Assembly: GCA_016180525.1 (NCBI GenBank)
Contig: JACPBB010000001.1
Span: 75,320 to 139,319 of the forward strand
Reading direction: 5' to 3'
Length of the DNA: 64,000 nt
From: Parcubacteria group bacterium
GTDB taxonomy: Bacteria; Patescibacteriota; Minisyncoccia; Phycocordibacterales; UBA2135
Notes under the pieces: model-generated
Told to the model about the DNA's origin: nothing
The model's input: the letters and a program-made list of their open reading frames with translations, nothing else
The model's database searches: none
Program-made: the position numbers and the translations under genes
Shown: piece by piece, positions 1 to 10,791 of the stretch
How the letters are laid out: each line of letters starts with the position of its first letter
Position numbering within the stretch: position 1 is the first letter of the stretch

Positions 1-553
1 GTTTATTTCAATGTTAGTAGTCTCCCGCACGGGAAGTACCGCAACAGATGCGGTAGAGGTATGCACTCTGCCTGATTTCTCTGTCGCAGGAACACGCTGT
101 ATCCGATGCACGCCAGTCTCATATCGCAATTTTTTATACACATCGTTTCCTTTTAGTTCAAAAGAACCTTCTTTGAGCCCTCCCAAATCGCTCTCCGAAA
201 CATCAATTTTCCTAAAAGACCATCCTTCTCGTGCGGCATATTTTTCATACATAGAAGCAAGCGTTTCGGCAAAAAGCGCAGCCTCTTCTCCGCCGGCTCC
301 CGCTCGAACCTCAAGAATGACTTCACGAGGAAACACCTGCGCTTCTTTTTCTGTGGCAAGTATTGATTCCATTTGTGTCAAGAGCACTTGTTTTTGTTCT
401 TCGTTTTTTTTCTTTTCCTCTTCAACAAGGTCTTTCATTGTTGGATCTTTTTCCGCCAAACGCAAAAGTTCAGCCTCTTCTTTCAAGAGCCGTTGATATT
501 CTCCAGCAAAATAGGCGGTTTTTTTATTTTTTATATATTTTTCCAAATCCATA
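1..553 (-). CDS. prfA: Peptide chain release factor 1, N-terminal part; ORF runs off the window start
   Basis: Reverse-strand translation from ATG at 553 gives MDLEKYIKNKKTAYFAGEYQRLL...GVHRIQRVPATEKSGRVHTSTASVAVLP, matching the RF1 domain 2/3 region; no stop before position 1. Confidence 0.8.
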
Positions 554-595
554 TCGTGTAGCGTATATCATATAACAGATAACACAAGACGCAAA

Positions 596-632
596 AAGAA
601 AAAAACCGCAACTATGCGGTTTTTTTCTTTTT
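596..632. terminator. Intrinsic terminator hairpin (ACCGCA/TGCGGT) flanked by A- and T-runs, downstream of rpmE
   Basis: aaaaaaaccgcaactatgcggtttttttc seen directly. Confidence 0.6.
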
Positions 633-866
633 AGGCTTCGTTTTTTGTTCTACCTTTTTTTGCTCTGCTTTTGCTCTACGGGCTTTGAATCTTTCTACTC
701 GTCCGGCAGAGTCAAGAATCTTCTCTTCGCCGGTATAGAGCGGATGACACGCGCTGCAAATTTCAACAGAAATTTTCTCCTGTGTTGAGCCAACAGAAAA
801 AACGTTACCGCACGCGCAGGTTACCTTTGCTTCAGGAAAATATGTTGGGTGTATTTTATCTTTCAT
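612..866 (-). CDS. rpmE: 50S ribosomal protein L31
   Basis: 84 aa, MKDKIHPTY...CxC...CSACHP zinc-ribbon pattern typical of L31. Confidence 0.9.
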   Translation of the reverse strand: MKDKIHPTYFPEAKVTCACGNVFSVGSTQEKISVEICSACHPLYTGEEKILDSAGRVERFKARRAKAEQKKVEQKTKPKKKKTA

Positions 867-948
867 GATCGTTTCTTGTGTCTCGTATAAAGTAACATTT
901 TTTGAATTTTTTATACAAAATACAAGATACGAGATACTATATACTAAA

Positions 949-2352
949 TTAATTTTGTTGCAATATGTCTATCTGTCTTTGATATTTTCCGGCTAAACTG
1001 TTGGGGTCGCCTGCATATCCACCGACAATATCATTACCGTAAAACGCATATGCGGATTTATTCCAATTTCCTCCCGCAAAATAACGAAGCACTGCCCGAC
1101 GCTCTGCCGTATGCGTGAGAGCAGCGGCGCCGCTGTCCTTCAGTAAAAGCGCCGCCGCAATAAATGCATCATGTGGATCCCATGGATTAGGTGGGTTATG
1201 TCCGGTGAGTTTTGCGATTCTTTCTTCAAATAAAACCCACGTTGAAGGTATAAATTGCGCGGGACCCATCGCACCGCCATAGCCATATCTGGGAGGACAC
1301 GACACAACTTGCCCATAGGGGTTAATTCCAAGTTTTTCTGTTATATTAAAAAATATATCAACATCGCGGCTCGCTTTCATAACACCTCTAAACGATCTTC
1401 CGGTGTTTATCCCTTTTCCGTCTCCTTTATTTGGCTGATTTGTGAGTACACACTGGCCGACATTCTCTCCCAGGTTTGACTCTTCCGCAATAACGCCAAG
1501 AATAAGCGCCGGCCGTACTCCCGTTTTCTGAGATGCAATATTCGCAAGTTCAAGGGCACGCTCAAAAGAAATAGCGTCCGTCCCCTGTAAAATAAACAGT
1601 TCTATCCTGATTGCCGCCGCGTCTTTTTGAATAGTGTCAATAATATTTTTATAAACTGCTTCTTGCCCTTTTGATATTTTTAAAATTTCCCTTTTTTGTG
1701 CCTTATCTTCTTCAATCCTCCGCTTTTGTAAATCTTGAATGCGTCGAAGCTCCTCTTCTTCCTTCCGGCGATCCTCAAGGGTTGTTTTTTCCTCTTGTGT
1801 TTTTTCTTTCGTAGCAGTTATTTCTTTGAATGAACTATTGAGCCCTGCCTGAATGGCATTAAACGAGTTAATATCAGAAAAAAATTCAGACAAATTTTTA
1901 TTTGCAAGCACGACCTCGGCAAGTGAGTACGTGTCCATCTCACGCGTTTTACGTAAAAGTTGAGCAAGTGATTGCTTTTCTCTATTAAGTTTCTCAGATA
2001 AATCGTCAATGAGTGTTTCTTTTCCTCCTATTTCAGTTCCGAGTTTTTTAATAGTAAGGTCTCGAGCGCGAATAGAAAGTTCAGCGGATTGAATTCTTGC
2101 ATCTATTATCGCAATATCTCGTTCAAGAGATACTGTTTCCCGCTGCTTCTCCTCTAGAATCGCCTGTTGTGCTTCTATTTGAGATTCAAGCGTAGCGAGA
2201 TCTTCTTCAAGTTGAGCACGACGAGCCCTAACATCATCCCCTGTTGCCTGTGCGTATACGACGCACACACTACCAAAAAATATCCCGAGCGCAACGGAAG
2301 CAAGAAATATGTGCTCAAGAAAAGAAGCGGTCTGTCTTCTACGTATTTGCAT
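949..2352 (-). CDS. Membrane-anchored coiled-coil protein with C-terminal lytic transglycosylase-like (SLT/MltB-type) domain
   Basis: N-terminal hydrophobic segment, long heptad-like region, C-terminal [13 protein letters not shown] motif typical of lytic murein transglycosylases. Confidence 0.6.
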   Translation of the reverse strand: MQIRRRQTASFLEHIFLASVALGIFFGSVCVVYAQATGDDVRARRAQLEEDLATLESQIEAQQAILEEKQRETVSLERDIAIIDARIQSAELSIRARDLTIKKLGTEIGGKETLIDDLSEKLNREKQSLAQLLRKTREMDTYSLAEVVLANKNLSEFFSDINSFNAIQAGLNSSFKEITATKEKTQEEKTTLEDRRKEEEELRRIQDLQKRRIEEDKAQKREILKISKGQEAVYKNIIDTIQKDAAAIRIELFILQGTDAISFERALELANIASQKTGVRPALILGVIAEESNLGENVGQCVLTNQPNKGDGKGINTGRSFRGVMKASRDVDIFFNITEKLGINPYGQVVSCPPRYGYGGAMGPAQFIPSTWVLFEERIAKLTGHNPPNPWDPHDAFIAAALLLKDSGAAALTHTAERRAVLRYFAGGNWNKSAYAFYGNDIVGGYAGDPNSLAGKYQRQIDILQQN

Positions 2353-2442
2353 TAATCCTTATAGTATATACTTTTTTACGACTTTCTTAAAACAAAATAT
2401 CTACCTTGAGTAGATATTTTGTATCTTATTATATAATAAGAT

Positions 2443-3152
2443 TTATTTGTCTTTCTCTTTTTTGCCACCCTCTGCTTTTGGTTTTGGTGCTCCTCCTGCT
2501 TCCACTTTTGCTTCACCTCCTTCCACCCCCTCTTCGGGAAGCTTGCCTTTCTTTTCTACCTCAATCTTCGTCGGGTCAAATTCTTCGACGGGAGCTTCTT
2601 CTACTTCCGCTTTAGCAACAGAAACGGCCGCAATTATTTCTTCAGGATTTGCCATCAGTGTAATGCCGGTGGGAAGTTTTACATCTTTCGCAAAAATTTG
2701 ATCTTCAATAGTTTGAAGGACAGACAAGTCAACTGTCAGAACTTGCGGCAAATCTTTTGGAAGTCCTTTTATTTTAATTTCATGAAGCACTTTTACCACA
2801 GAAACACCTTCCTGTTTTTGAACTGGCGCCTCTCCGATAAAGGTAATGGGCACCGGTACTTCTACAGCTCGATCAGCCTCAACAACATAAAAATCAACGT
2901 GCGTTGGAGTATCTTTAACCGGGTCAAACGCGACGTCATAAATAAGCACACTCAAATCTTTTCCATCATAGGAAAGATTTACAATACTTGACTCTCCCGC
3001 CTCGCGCCACACCTTTAAAAAATCTCCTTGAGGAATGGCAACAGGCGTGGACTTCGTTTTACGGCCATAAAAAACAGCCGGGATTTTTCCCGTTAATCTC
3101 ACCTGTTGAGCCCTTGTTTTAAGGTCTCTTTTTTCGGCAGTCAATTTTTGCA
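2443..3152 (-). CDS. rplY: 50S ribosomal protein L25 / general stress protein Ctc; six-frame ORF extends to 3210 but the MQKLTAEKR start at 3152 with an AGGA RBS is more likely
   Basis: KLTAEKR...GKIPAVFYG...HVDFY motifs of L25/Ctc; acidic/lysine-rich C-terminal tail. Confidence 0.85.
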
Positions 3153-3190
3153 TTATTGTCCTATCATATGAATTTCTAATAAAAATGCAA

Positions 3191-3505
3191 CTACGTGTCT
3201 TTCCGCTCAAACCGCTCCTTGTCCCGTCCGTAACATTTATCCATCACCCGTTTAAAGTGTTTGTCTAGATCAATATTCAAAGCATTTGCAAAACACCCAA
3301 CTGTAAAAATGATATCGGCCATTTCATCCCCAATTTCTTTTTGTTTTTCGGTTTCTTTTTTCTTTTTTGGGCCATACTGATGGTTAATTTCACGGGCCAA
3401 CTCCCCCACTTCTTCAGTCAACCGTGCCAACATCTCATGCGGAGTCCAATATCCGATCTTGTACTGCGTTACCCAGTCATCTATGTCTTTTTGTATTTTT
3501 TTCAT
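3191..3505 (-). CDS. MazG-like nucleoside triphosphate pyrophosphohydrolase (small all-alpha NTP-PPase)
   Basis: 104 aa; EExGE(L)...E..D motifs (TEEVGELAREI ... IGDEMADIIF) characteristic of the MazG/HisE family. Confidence 0.7.
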   Translation of the reverse strand: MKKIQKDIDDWVTQYKIGYWTPHEMLARLTEEVGELAREINHQYGPKKKKETEKQKEIGDEMADIIFTVGCFANALNIDLDKHFKRVMDKCYGRDKERFERKDT

Positions 3506-3528
3506 AATACCTCCTAATAATCTAGTGG

Positions 3529-4500
3529 CTAAAACCTGACGGCATTTGGTGCTTCTTTACCGGAAAGCACGGCGATGATATTTTCTGCGGCGACTTCCGC
3601 CATTTTCGCCCGCGTCTCTTCCGTTGCGGATGCCAAATGTGGAGTGAGCACCACATTATCAAGTTCCGTAAGCCCCGGCGCTGTCTTTGGTTCATTTTCA
3701 AACACATCAAGCGCAGCACCTTTTATGCTTCCCTTTTTAAGCGCCTCCACAAGCGCCACCTCATCCACAACAGGCCCACGCGAAGAATTTATGAGGTACG
3801 CCGATGGTTTCATGAGCGCGAGCCGTTCTTTGTTTATAAGATGCCTCGTTGCGGGGAGAAGAGGTACGTGAATACTTACGAAGTCCGCCTCTTTGAGCAC
3901 TTCCTCAACACTTGCTCTATATTCTGCTCCTGTTTCTTTTTCAATGTATTCATTTTGTTTAATATCGTAATAGACAACCTGCATATCAAAACTTTTGACC
4001 GCGTGATACGCAACACGGCTTCCAATACGTCCGGCGCCGAGAAGTCCTAGGGTTTTCCCTGACACATCAGTTCCTAACAACAACAGTGGAGCCCAGCCAA
4101 TATATTTTCCAGCACGAGTAAACCTGTCTCCCTCGGCAATTCTGTGAGCAATTGAAAGCAGAAGGGCAAATGTGTGCTCCGCAACGGTGTTTGTAAGAAC
4201 CTCCGGTGTGTTTGAAATTATAATCCCTCGTTTTTTTGCCTCAGGAATATCTATATTGTCAAAACCAACCGCATAATTGGCAAATATTTTTGCCTTCGGC
4301 GCCGCGTCAAATACTTCTCCGTCAATTTTGTCAGTCAGTAAACAAAGCACCGCGTCATACTCTTTTTCAGAAAGTGCAGCGACAAGCTCTGCCTTCGTGA
4401 GCACGCCGTCTTTTAAGCTTACATCAACCGCGTGTCCTACTTTTTTGAGCATTTCTATTCCCGCATCGGGAATTTTTCTTGTCACATAAACAAGAGCCAT
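3529..4500 (-). CDS. D-isomer-specific 2-hydroxyacid dehydrogenase (glyoxylate/hydroxypyruvate reductase-like)
   Basis: GLLGAGRIGSRVA NAD-binding Rossmann motif, catalytic R/E/H arrangement, 323 aa. Confidence 0.85.
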   Translation of the reverse strand: MALVYVTRKIPDAGIEMLKKVGHAVDVSLKDGVLTKAELVAALSEKEYDAVLCLLTDKIDGEVFDAAPKAKIFANYAVGFDNIDIPEAKKRGIIISNTPEVLTNTVAEHTFALLLSIAHRIAEGDRFTRAGKYIGWAPLLLLGTDVSGKTLGLLGAGRIGSRVAYHAVKSFDMQVVYYDIKQNEYIEKETGAEYRASVEEVLKEADFVSIHVPLLPATRHLINKERLALMKPSAYLINSSRGPVVDEVALVEALKKGSIKGAALDVFENEPKTAPGLTELDNVVLTPHLASATEETRAKMAEVAAENIIAVLSGKEAPNAVRF

Positions 4501-4511
4501 AGTTTTAAAAA

Positions 4512-5387
4512 TTAAAGATTGTTAAATAATTTTAGCCGTTTCTCAACAACTTCCTCAACCGCCCTCACCGCTTCTTTTATAAATTTATACGGAGCGATTT
4601 CGTCAGGATTTTCTTGAATTCCCATTTGTACTCCACTTTTATACGCCACACGAATTTCAGTATTAATATGCACGATTGAAATACCCGCCGCAATCGCATT
4701 TTTAAAATCTTCATCGGATATTCCCGAGCCGCCATGAAGCACGAGCGGCACCCCGCCCGCCACCCGCAATTCTTGTATACGAGAAATATTGAGGTTCGGA
4801 TTTTTACCGGATTTTAGCATTCCGTGTAAATTTCCCACAGCAGGAGCCGCAAGATCAACTCCTGTTTCCTTTATAAATTGTGAGAACTCTTTAGGTTTAG
4901 TGAGCATTTCATCTCTAACTGCCGCTCCTTCAGGAATTGCATCAAGAAGTTTTGAGGATGTACCTATGTAACCAAGCTCTCCCTCTACCAATATATGTTT
5001 ATTAACAGACCGAGCATATTCCACGCATTGTTTTGTAATCTTAATATTTTCAGCAAGCGGCAACTTCGTACCATCAAAAATAACCGCGTCATATCCGGCA
5101 TCCACCGCCTCTTTTACTCTCTCAAAAGAATACGTATGATCGGCATTTAAAAATACGGGGTAGTCAAATTCCTCACGCAGACTTTTTACGAGTGCCACTG
5201 CCTGCCGTACGCCGACAAAATCCCGCTCTCCCTCCGATGTGCCGATAATAACCGGCACATTCAATTTCCGCGCCGCATTAAAAATACCCCACAGAGTTTC
5301 AAGGTTTGAAATATTAAAATGGCCAATTGCCACCTTATTTTTTTCTGCATCAACAATTATCTCTCGAAGAGTTTTCATGTTATGCAT
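4512..5387 (-). CDS. fba: Class II fructose-1,6-bisphosphate aldolase
   Basis: GHFN...NADH...GELG...HG(G)SG motifs of class II FBP/tagatose-bisphosphate aldolases. Confidence 0.85.
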   Translation of the reverse strand: MHNMKTLREIIVDAEKNKVAIGHFNISNLETLWGIFNAARKLNVPVIIGTSEGERDFVGVRQAVALVKSLREEFDYPVFLNADHTYSFERVKEAVDAGYDAVIFDGTKLPLAENIKITKQCVEYARSVNKHILVEGELGYIGTSSKLLDAIPEGAAVRDEMLTKPKEFSQFIKETGVDLAAPAVGNLHGMLKSGKNPNLNISRIQELRVAGGVPLVLHGGSGISDEDFKNAIAAGISIVHINTEIRVAYKSGVQMGIQENPDEIAPYKFIKEAVRAVEEVVEKRLKLFNNL

Positions 5388-5407
5388 TATAGCATTTATA
5401 TTTTATA

Positions 5408-5438
5408 CAAAAACCCCGCCAGAGTGGCGGGGTTAGTG
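5408..5438. terminator. Intrinsic terminator hairpin CCCCGCC-agagt-GGCGGGG, T-run on the minus strand
   Basis: seen directly; lies just 3' of the hypothetical gene 5433-5894. Confidence 0.6.
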
Positions 5439-5894
5439 AGAAAGAATGTCCTTGAGCTCCTGACAAGAGCAAAGCAAATCTTCCTTGTCTTCCATTTTGA
5501 TAAGACACAAAAGCGCGTGATATTCTTTTTCGCTTACAGCAAGCATTTTTACGTCATTTTTCTTAAAGAACCGTGGAATATCGGATTCCTCTATTTCATT
5601 GATCTCGGTTACTGTCCAGTTCACTAATTTTTTTGAGGAACGGACTGATTCTTGTTTGCAAAAAAACAGTACAAACTGCTTCGCGTCATACTCGGTAAAC
5701 GCACGGGTGCCGAATGTTTTAACTATGTGAATCTTTTTTGCGGAATAGGAATAGCGGACAGAAACAAAAAATATTTTTATTTTTTCTCCATAGACCTTTC
5801 GCAGCCATACGGGCCAGAAACTACGGTCTTCATCTTTATCCTGCGCATGTGCAAGAATTGTTTCAACCATTCCGTTTTCTGCCAGTTTCGACAT
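5433..5894 (-). CDS. Hypothetical protein (likely start MSKLAENGM...; the six-frame ORF extends to 6023)
   Basis: ORF followed by its own terminator; no recognisable motif. Confidence 0.4.
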   Translation of the reverse strand: MSKLAENGMVETILAHAQDKDEDRSFWPVWLRKVYGEKIKIFFVSVRYSYSAKKIHIVKTFGTRAFTEYDAKQFVLFFCKQESVRSSKKLVNWTVTEINEIEESDIPRFFKKNDVKMLAVSEKEYHALLCLIKMEDKEDLLCSCQELKDILSH

Positions 5895-5985
5895 TATAAT
5901 CCTCAATTTTCTAAGATCTACTAATAGATAGTATAGCATTTTATTTAGAAAACAAAAATTTTTAAAAAATGATATACTATCACAT

Positions 5986-6978
5986 ATGCAAGAATATGAC
6001 TTTATCGCAATCGGCGATATCACGACGGACGCTTTTATCCGGCTCTCTGGGGATGACGCAGATGTAACCAGAGACGATCACAAAAAAGTAAAGTTGTGTT
6101 TTAATTTCGGTGACAAAATTGAATACGACGACGTGATTGAAGTTCCCGCTGTGGGCAATTCCCCGAATGCCGCTGTTTCCGCTCACCGACTTGAACTAAA
6201 ATCAGCGCTCATAACAAACCTCGGAGATGACTACCACGGGGAAAATTCCCTCAATGCCCTAAAAAAAGAAGGTGTTTCAACAGAGTTTGTAAAAATACAT
6301 AAGGATATCGGAAGTAATTATCATTATGTGCTTTGGTATGAAGAAGAACGAACCATTTTAGTAAAACATCATGAATATCCCTATGAGATGCCTGAAGTCG
6401 GCAAGCCTAAGTGGTTTTATTTAAGCTCTCTCGGAGAACACTCTCTTCAATTTCATAAAGACATTGTGAAATACATGAAGCACAATGAAAATATCAAACT
6501 CGCGTTCCAGCCGGGAACATTTCAGATGCGGCTTGGATATCACGCGCTCAAAGATGTCTACGAGATGACGGAGGTTTTTTTCTGTAATACCGAGGAAGCG
6601 CGAAGAATACTAGAAACAGAAGAGAGTGATATTAAAAAACTTCTATATAATATGCATGAGCTCGGCCCTCGTATTGTTGTCATTACCGATGGGCCTAAGG
6701 GAGCATACGCATACAATGGAGAAGAAACGTGGTTTATGCCTATGTACCCTGACCCAAAACCGCCACTTGATAGAACCGGCGCCGGAGACGCATTTGCTTC
6801 AACATTTACCGCGATCCTTGTATTAGGAAAAACCGTGCCAGAGGCGCTGACATACGCGCCTGTCAATTCAATGTCGGTAGTGCAAAAAGTCGGTGCGCAA
6901 GAAGGACTCCTCACACTTGCCGAAATTGAAGAGTGGCTCAAAAAAGCACCGCCGGATTATAAGGCAAAGAAAATATAA
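5986..6978 (+). CDS. PfkB-family carbohydrate/nucleoside kinase (ribokinase-like)
   Basis: N-terminal GDxxxD and C-terminal DRTGAGDAF motifs of the PfkB ribokinase superfamily. Confidence 0.8.
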   Translation: MQEYDFIAIGDITTDAFIRLSGDDADVTRDDHKKVKLCFNFGDKIEYDDVIEVPAVGNSPNAAVSAHRLELKSALITNLGDDYHGENSLNALKKEGVSTEFVKIHKDIGSNYHYVLWYEEERTILVKHHEYPYEMPEVGKPKWFYLSSLGEHSLQFHKDIVKYMKHNENIKLAFQPGTFQMRLGYHALKDVYEMTEVFFCNTEEARRILETEESDIKKLLYNMHELGPRIVVITDGPKGAYAYNGEETWFMPMYPDPKPPLDRTGAGDAFASTFTAILVLGKTVPEALTYAPVNSMSVVQKVGAQEGLLTLAEIEEWLKKAPPDYKAKKI

Positions 6979-7245
6979 ATCTATTTGACACTTTCTTAAA
7001 AACATTAAAATTCACCACAGTAAACATTAACGGAGCAAAAATCGTGCGGCCGCTTGCAGATCTTTTGAACAATTTTTCTCCAAAACGAAGACGGGGAATT
7101 GAGGAAAAAGCGCGCAGAATAATTACGGAAGTTGATTTCAGAACACGTAATAAACGAGCAATAGTGGTACACACAAATGACAAAGCCAACAAAAAGCCGA
7201 TCTTATAAAAAGACCGGTTTTTATTTAAAAAAAGGCTTTTCGTCG

Positions 7246-8559
7246 TTACCGCGAAAGCCAGGCACTCTCTTGCCGCGCTAAAAACTTTGTATCCGCGAGA
7301 TTTTCAAGAATCCGCTCCACTACCCTCTCCATCCGCATTGACTGCGAACCCTTTACAAGCACAATGTCTCCAGAACGCAAAAAGGTTTTTAGAAATTCCC
7401 CTGCCTCAATTGAATTTTCAAAATGATGCGTGTCGGCTTTTTTCATCTTTTTCTTTAGAGCAGATTCATTGATAAGCTGTGCCCGAATACCAACGGTTAT
7501 TAAAACACCGCAAACATCAGGAATTCGAGCCCCAATTTTTTTATGTTCATCCGCGCTGTACTTTCCAAGCTCAAGCATATCTCCCAAAACGGCTATTTTT
7601 CTTCCTCCCTCTGCAGATTGCTCTTTTGTGGGAACCGTCAGGCTCTCTAGAGCATTGAGTGCCGCATGAAGCGCCGCGGGAGATGAGTTGTATGAATCAT
7701 CTATAATAGTTGAGCCGTTGATACCGTGTAACAGTCGCATCCGCCCGGCAGGAAATTGAAATTGCGCGAGTGCTTCAAGCGCGGAGACAATATTAACGCC
7801 CTTTCCAACGCCAACCGCGAGACTCGCGAGTACGCTTAAAAATATATGTGTTCCCAAAACTCCTTTCAAGTGAAGCGGGAGTTTGTTTTCTTTATATGAA
7901 ACTTTTCCAAACATTCCGACAGGATGTTCCTCTCTGTCATATTCTATTTCCGGATTTAAAATAGAAATATCGGCATTAAGAGTTTCTCCAAAAGTAAGCG
8001 TGTTATGCAAAGAAAATTGTTTAAGCGCTAAAACATCTCTGTCGTCAGCATTGAGTACCAGTAAACCTGCTGGTTTAAGCGCTCGCACGAGATGTGTTTT
8101 TTCTTCAATAAGAGCTTCGCGTGAGGGGAAAAATTCTATATGTACTGGTATTTCGGGAAACGCGGTCACCACGACGACGTCAGGTTTAAGCCATGAGGTA
8201 ATTTTTTGTATGTCACCCGGCCTGTCCGTCCCCACTTCAACGACCAGCATTTTTGGATAATGATTTTTTAAAAAAATAAGACTTAATCCTTCAAAAATAA
8301 TTTTAAGCCATCGTATTACGTTGCCCCACGCACTCTCACATCCTAAAACAGTAAGTGGTATGCCGATTTCGCTGTTAAAACTTTTATCGCCTTTCCACAC
8401 ATACATTTCTCTTGAAAGCACTGTCCATGTCGCATCTTTCGCTCCAGTTTTCCCAACACTTCCTGTTATTGCCACGATTTCAGGCTTATACTTATGCAAA
8501 ACAGCGCGCGCAAGCAGTGTAATAATAAGCACAATTATTTTTTTAAACAGTTGCTTCAT
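7246..8559 (-). CDS. murF: Mur ligase family protein, probable UDP-MurNAc-tripeptide--D-Ala-D-Ala ligase (MurF-like), N-terminal TM helix
   Basis: ITGSVGKTG P-loop of Mur ligases, central and C-terminal Mur domains; sits immediately after ftsI in the dcw cluster. Confidence 0.7.
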   Translation of the reverse strand: MKQLFKKIIVLIITLLARAVLHKYKPEIVAITGSVGKTGAKDATWTVLSREMYVWKGDKSFNSEIGIPLTVLGCESAWGNVIRWLKIIFEGLSLIFLKNHYPKMLVVEVGTDRPGDIQKITSWLKPDVVVVTAFPEIPVHIEFFPSREALIEEKTHLVRALKPAGLLVLNADDRDVLALKQFSLHNTLTFGETLNADISILNPEIEYDREEHPVGMFGKVSYKENKLPLHLKGVLGTHIFLSVLASLAVGVGKGVNIVSALEALAQFQFPAGRMRLLHGINGSTIIDDSYNSSPAALHAALNALESLTVPTKEQSAEGGRKIAVLGDMLELGKYSADEHKKIGARIPDVCGVLITVGIRAQLINESALKKKMKKADTHHFENSIEAGEFLKTFLRSGDIVLVKGSQSMRMERVVERILENLADTKFLARQESAWLSR

Positions 8560-8641
8560 CTTTTATAATTTTTAAATTTTGAATTTATTTAGAAGTTAAG
8601 AATTCCAGATCGCTAAATTATAGACATCAGATTTCCATAGT

Positions 8642-10345
8642 TTAGCGGTCAGGTGGCACATTGTAATAATGTACCAAAAAAGTAACCGTATCAATAAATG
8701 GAATTGTGAGCGTCTCGGAAGCATATCGTACCCCCTTCGGTTCTACAACATAGAGGAAAACAAGAAACTGCGGATCATATGCGGGAAAATATCCAAAAAA
8801 TGAATGAAAAAAACGATCATCATAATAACCGCCCTTCGAGCCTGCGATCTGCGCGGTTCCCGTCTTTGCCGCGATGCTGTAGTGGGGCATTTTTACCGTA
8901 CCTCCTAGGAGTGCTTCGTCAACAACCCGCACGAGCATACGGGTTATTTCTTCACTCGCTTCCGGTGAAATCGCTCGTTTAAACTCTTCATTTGACCGTC
9001 GTACTTTAGCAGTAAGTCCTTCTTCAAATTCAATTGCGTCAACCACGTGCGGGGTCACAAGCACTCCGCCATTTGCGAGCACTGAAAGCGCGCGCACCAT
9101 TGAAATAGGAGTAACCGCAAACCCTTGCCCGAATGAAGCGGTCGCGATTTCAACATTCCGGTTATTTCGTAAATTCTTTACGAGGTTTGTGGCTTCATTC
9201 GGCAAATCAATCCCCGTTTGCTCGCCAAATCCATACGCAAAAAAATATTCCGAAAACAATTCATTTCCGAGTTTTTTCGCCACATGCACAGCTCCGGTAT
9301 TTAAAGATTGATTTAATATTTCTTGTATAGGAACCCGTCCACGAGCCTTCCCGTCAAAATTTTCAATACGTGCGTTATCTATTTCAACAAACCCATCATC
9401 ATAATAGGTGTCAGTTGGTTTTATTACTCCCGCATCAAGCCCCGCTGCAAGCGTAAGCGGCTTTACCGTTGATCCCATTTCAAATACGCTTTCCACAACA
9501 GAATTTGAAAATATGGAATAATCAGTTTCGTCTCTAAAATTATTCGGGTCAAATGTAGGACGTGCCGCAAGCGCATAGAGCGCGCCTGTTTTTGGATTAA
9601 TGATAACCGCGCCACCAGATTTTGCGTTCCATTTTTTCACAATACCAGAAAGAATTCCTTCCAAAAATCCCTGCACCTCGGAATCTATCGTCAATACCAA
9701 ATCCCCGGCACCAGCATATCTGCTGTCATAAAATAAAGAATTTCTAATGTTGGCAAATGCTTGTGCAAAAAGATTTACCTGCTCTCCCTCTTTTCTTAAA
9801 AGTACGTCTTCATAATATCGTTCAAGTCCATACCGACCGGTAAGCTCATCCCCTTCATACCCTACGAACCCTAAGACGTGCGCGGCCAGTTCACCGCCCG
9901 GATATGAACGCCAGCGCTCTTTGTGAACAGAAACACCTGCAATATTAAGTTGCTGTATTTTTTTAGCGTCTGCTTCAGATATTCTCCAGGCAATTTCCTC
10001 GTACGGATCAAGAACTTTTCCTGCTTGAAGAAAAAAAGAGTCGTCGTCTATGTCCGGTACGATACTCTTTAATTTGGGAAGAACTTCGGAGACATTTTTT
10101 AAAATAGACGGATTAATAGCCACTGTGTAACCTGATTTAAGCGTTGCTCCAGAAAAAATTCCACCAGAAAAAAAAATACTCCCGCGGTCAAAAATGTGCG
10201 CTATCGGGGAAATATATTGTTCTGATGCTTTTTCCAAGTAATAATTACCCCGTATAATCTGCAGAAAAAAAAGCTTGCCCGCGAAAATGAGAGCAAACAA
10301 GGCTATTGGTATATAAAAGAATCGTATTCGTGATGTAGGAGACAT
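8642..10345 (-). CDS. ftsI: Penicillin-binding protein (class B transpeptidase), divisome FtsI/PBP3 by context
   Basis: N-terminal TM, STVKP (SxxK), SxN and KTGTA motifs; follows ftsL. Confidence 0.85.
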   Translation of the reverse strand: MSPTSRIRFFYIPIALFALIFAGKLFFLQIIRGNYYLEKASEQYISPIAHIFDRGSIFFSGGIFSGATLKSGYTVAINPSILKNVSEVLPKLKSIVPDIDDDSFFLQAGKVLDPYEEIAWRISEADAKKIQQLNIAGVSVHKERWRSYPGGELAAHVLGFVGYEGDELTGRYGLERYYEDVLLRKEGEQVNLFAQAFANIRNSLFYDSRYAGAGDLVLTIDSEVQGFLEGILSGIVKKWNAKSGGAVIINPKTGALYALAARPTFDPNNFRDETDYSIFSNSVVESVFEMGSTVKPLTLAAGLDAGVIKPTDTYYDDGFVEIDNARIENFDGKARGRVPIQEILNQSLNTGAVHVAKKLGNELFSEYFFAYGFGEQTGIDLPNEATNLVKNLRNNRNVEIATASFGQGFAVTPISMVRALSVLANGGVLVTPHVVDAIEFEEGLTAKVRRSNEEFKRAISPEASEEITRMLVRVVDEALLGGTVKMPHYSIAAKTGTAQIAGSKGGYYDDRFFHSFFGYFPAYDPQFLVFLYVVEPKGVRYASETLTIPFIDTVTFLVHYYNVPPDR

Positions 10346-10372
10346 GCCAAAAATTAAGGAGTGAAGCGACTA

Positions 10373-10442
10373 TAATTTTTGAGCACCCCCTCTTTTTGAG
10401 TTCCTTTTAAATTTATAAGAATCTAAAAAGAGGGGGTTAATA
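10373..10442. repeat. Intergenic palindromic element (CCCCCTCTTTTTGAG ... CTAAAAAGAGGGGG) with a 5' flank TTTGAGCACCC shared with the elements at 18550 and 32412
   Basis: seen directly; near-identical core at 30585-30634. Confidence 0.6.
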
Positions 10443-10470
10443 AAACATACTCGCTTCGTTCATTGTTTTA

Positions 10471-10782
10471 TTAAAACTCATTCTGTACCAGTCTCTGCCT
10501 AAAAGCAAATATTTCTTTCTTCGGTTCCACAAATCCAAGAGTGGCGGCCCTCTCATGATTTATGGCATTATTTAGCCCCGTGTATTCAGACTCCAAATCA
10601 CTGATATTTGAGTATAATGATTGCATATTATTTTGAAGTGCTCGTTGAGCGGAAATATTAAATGTCGCAAGCCCTACAAGCAAGACATATAAAAATACTA
10701 TTCCAAGAAATCCCATAAAAAGCATGATCGTCAGTTGGCGTTCTGCGGCATATGTGTATAGTTTGTGAATTTTAATATACAT
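10471..10782 (-). CDS. ftsL: Cell division protein FtsL-like (small bitopic membrane protein)
   Basis: 103 aa, single TM plus coiled-coil, located between rsmH and ftsI. Confidence 0.55.
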   Translation of the reverse strand: MYIKIHKLYTYAAERQLTIMLFMGFLGIVFLYVLLVGLATFNISAQRALQNNMQSLYSNISDLESEYTGLNNAINHERAATLGFVEPKKEIFAFRQRLVQNEF

Positions 10783-10791
10783 GAAAATATA

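Noticed and set aside
11-496. 161-aa + strand ORF
   Set aside because: Low-complexity S/F-rich translation lying antisense to a well-supported prfA reading frame; shadow ORF.
6938-7192. 84-aa minus-strand ORF in the pfkB/murF convergent spacer
   Set aside because: Overlaps the 3' end of the PfkB gene, arginine/lysine-rich with no RBS; the spacer is better explained by nested terminator hairpins (7190-7245).
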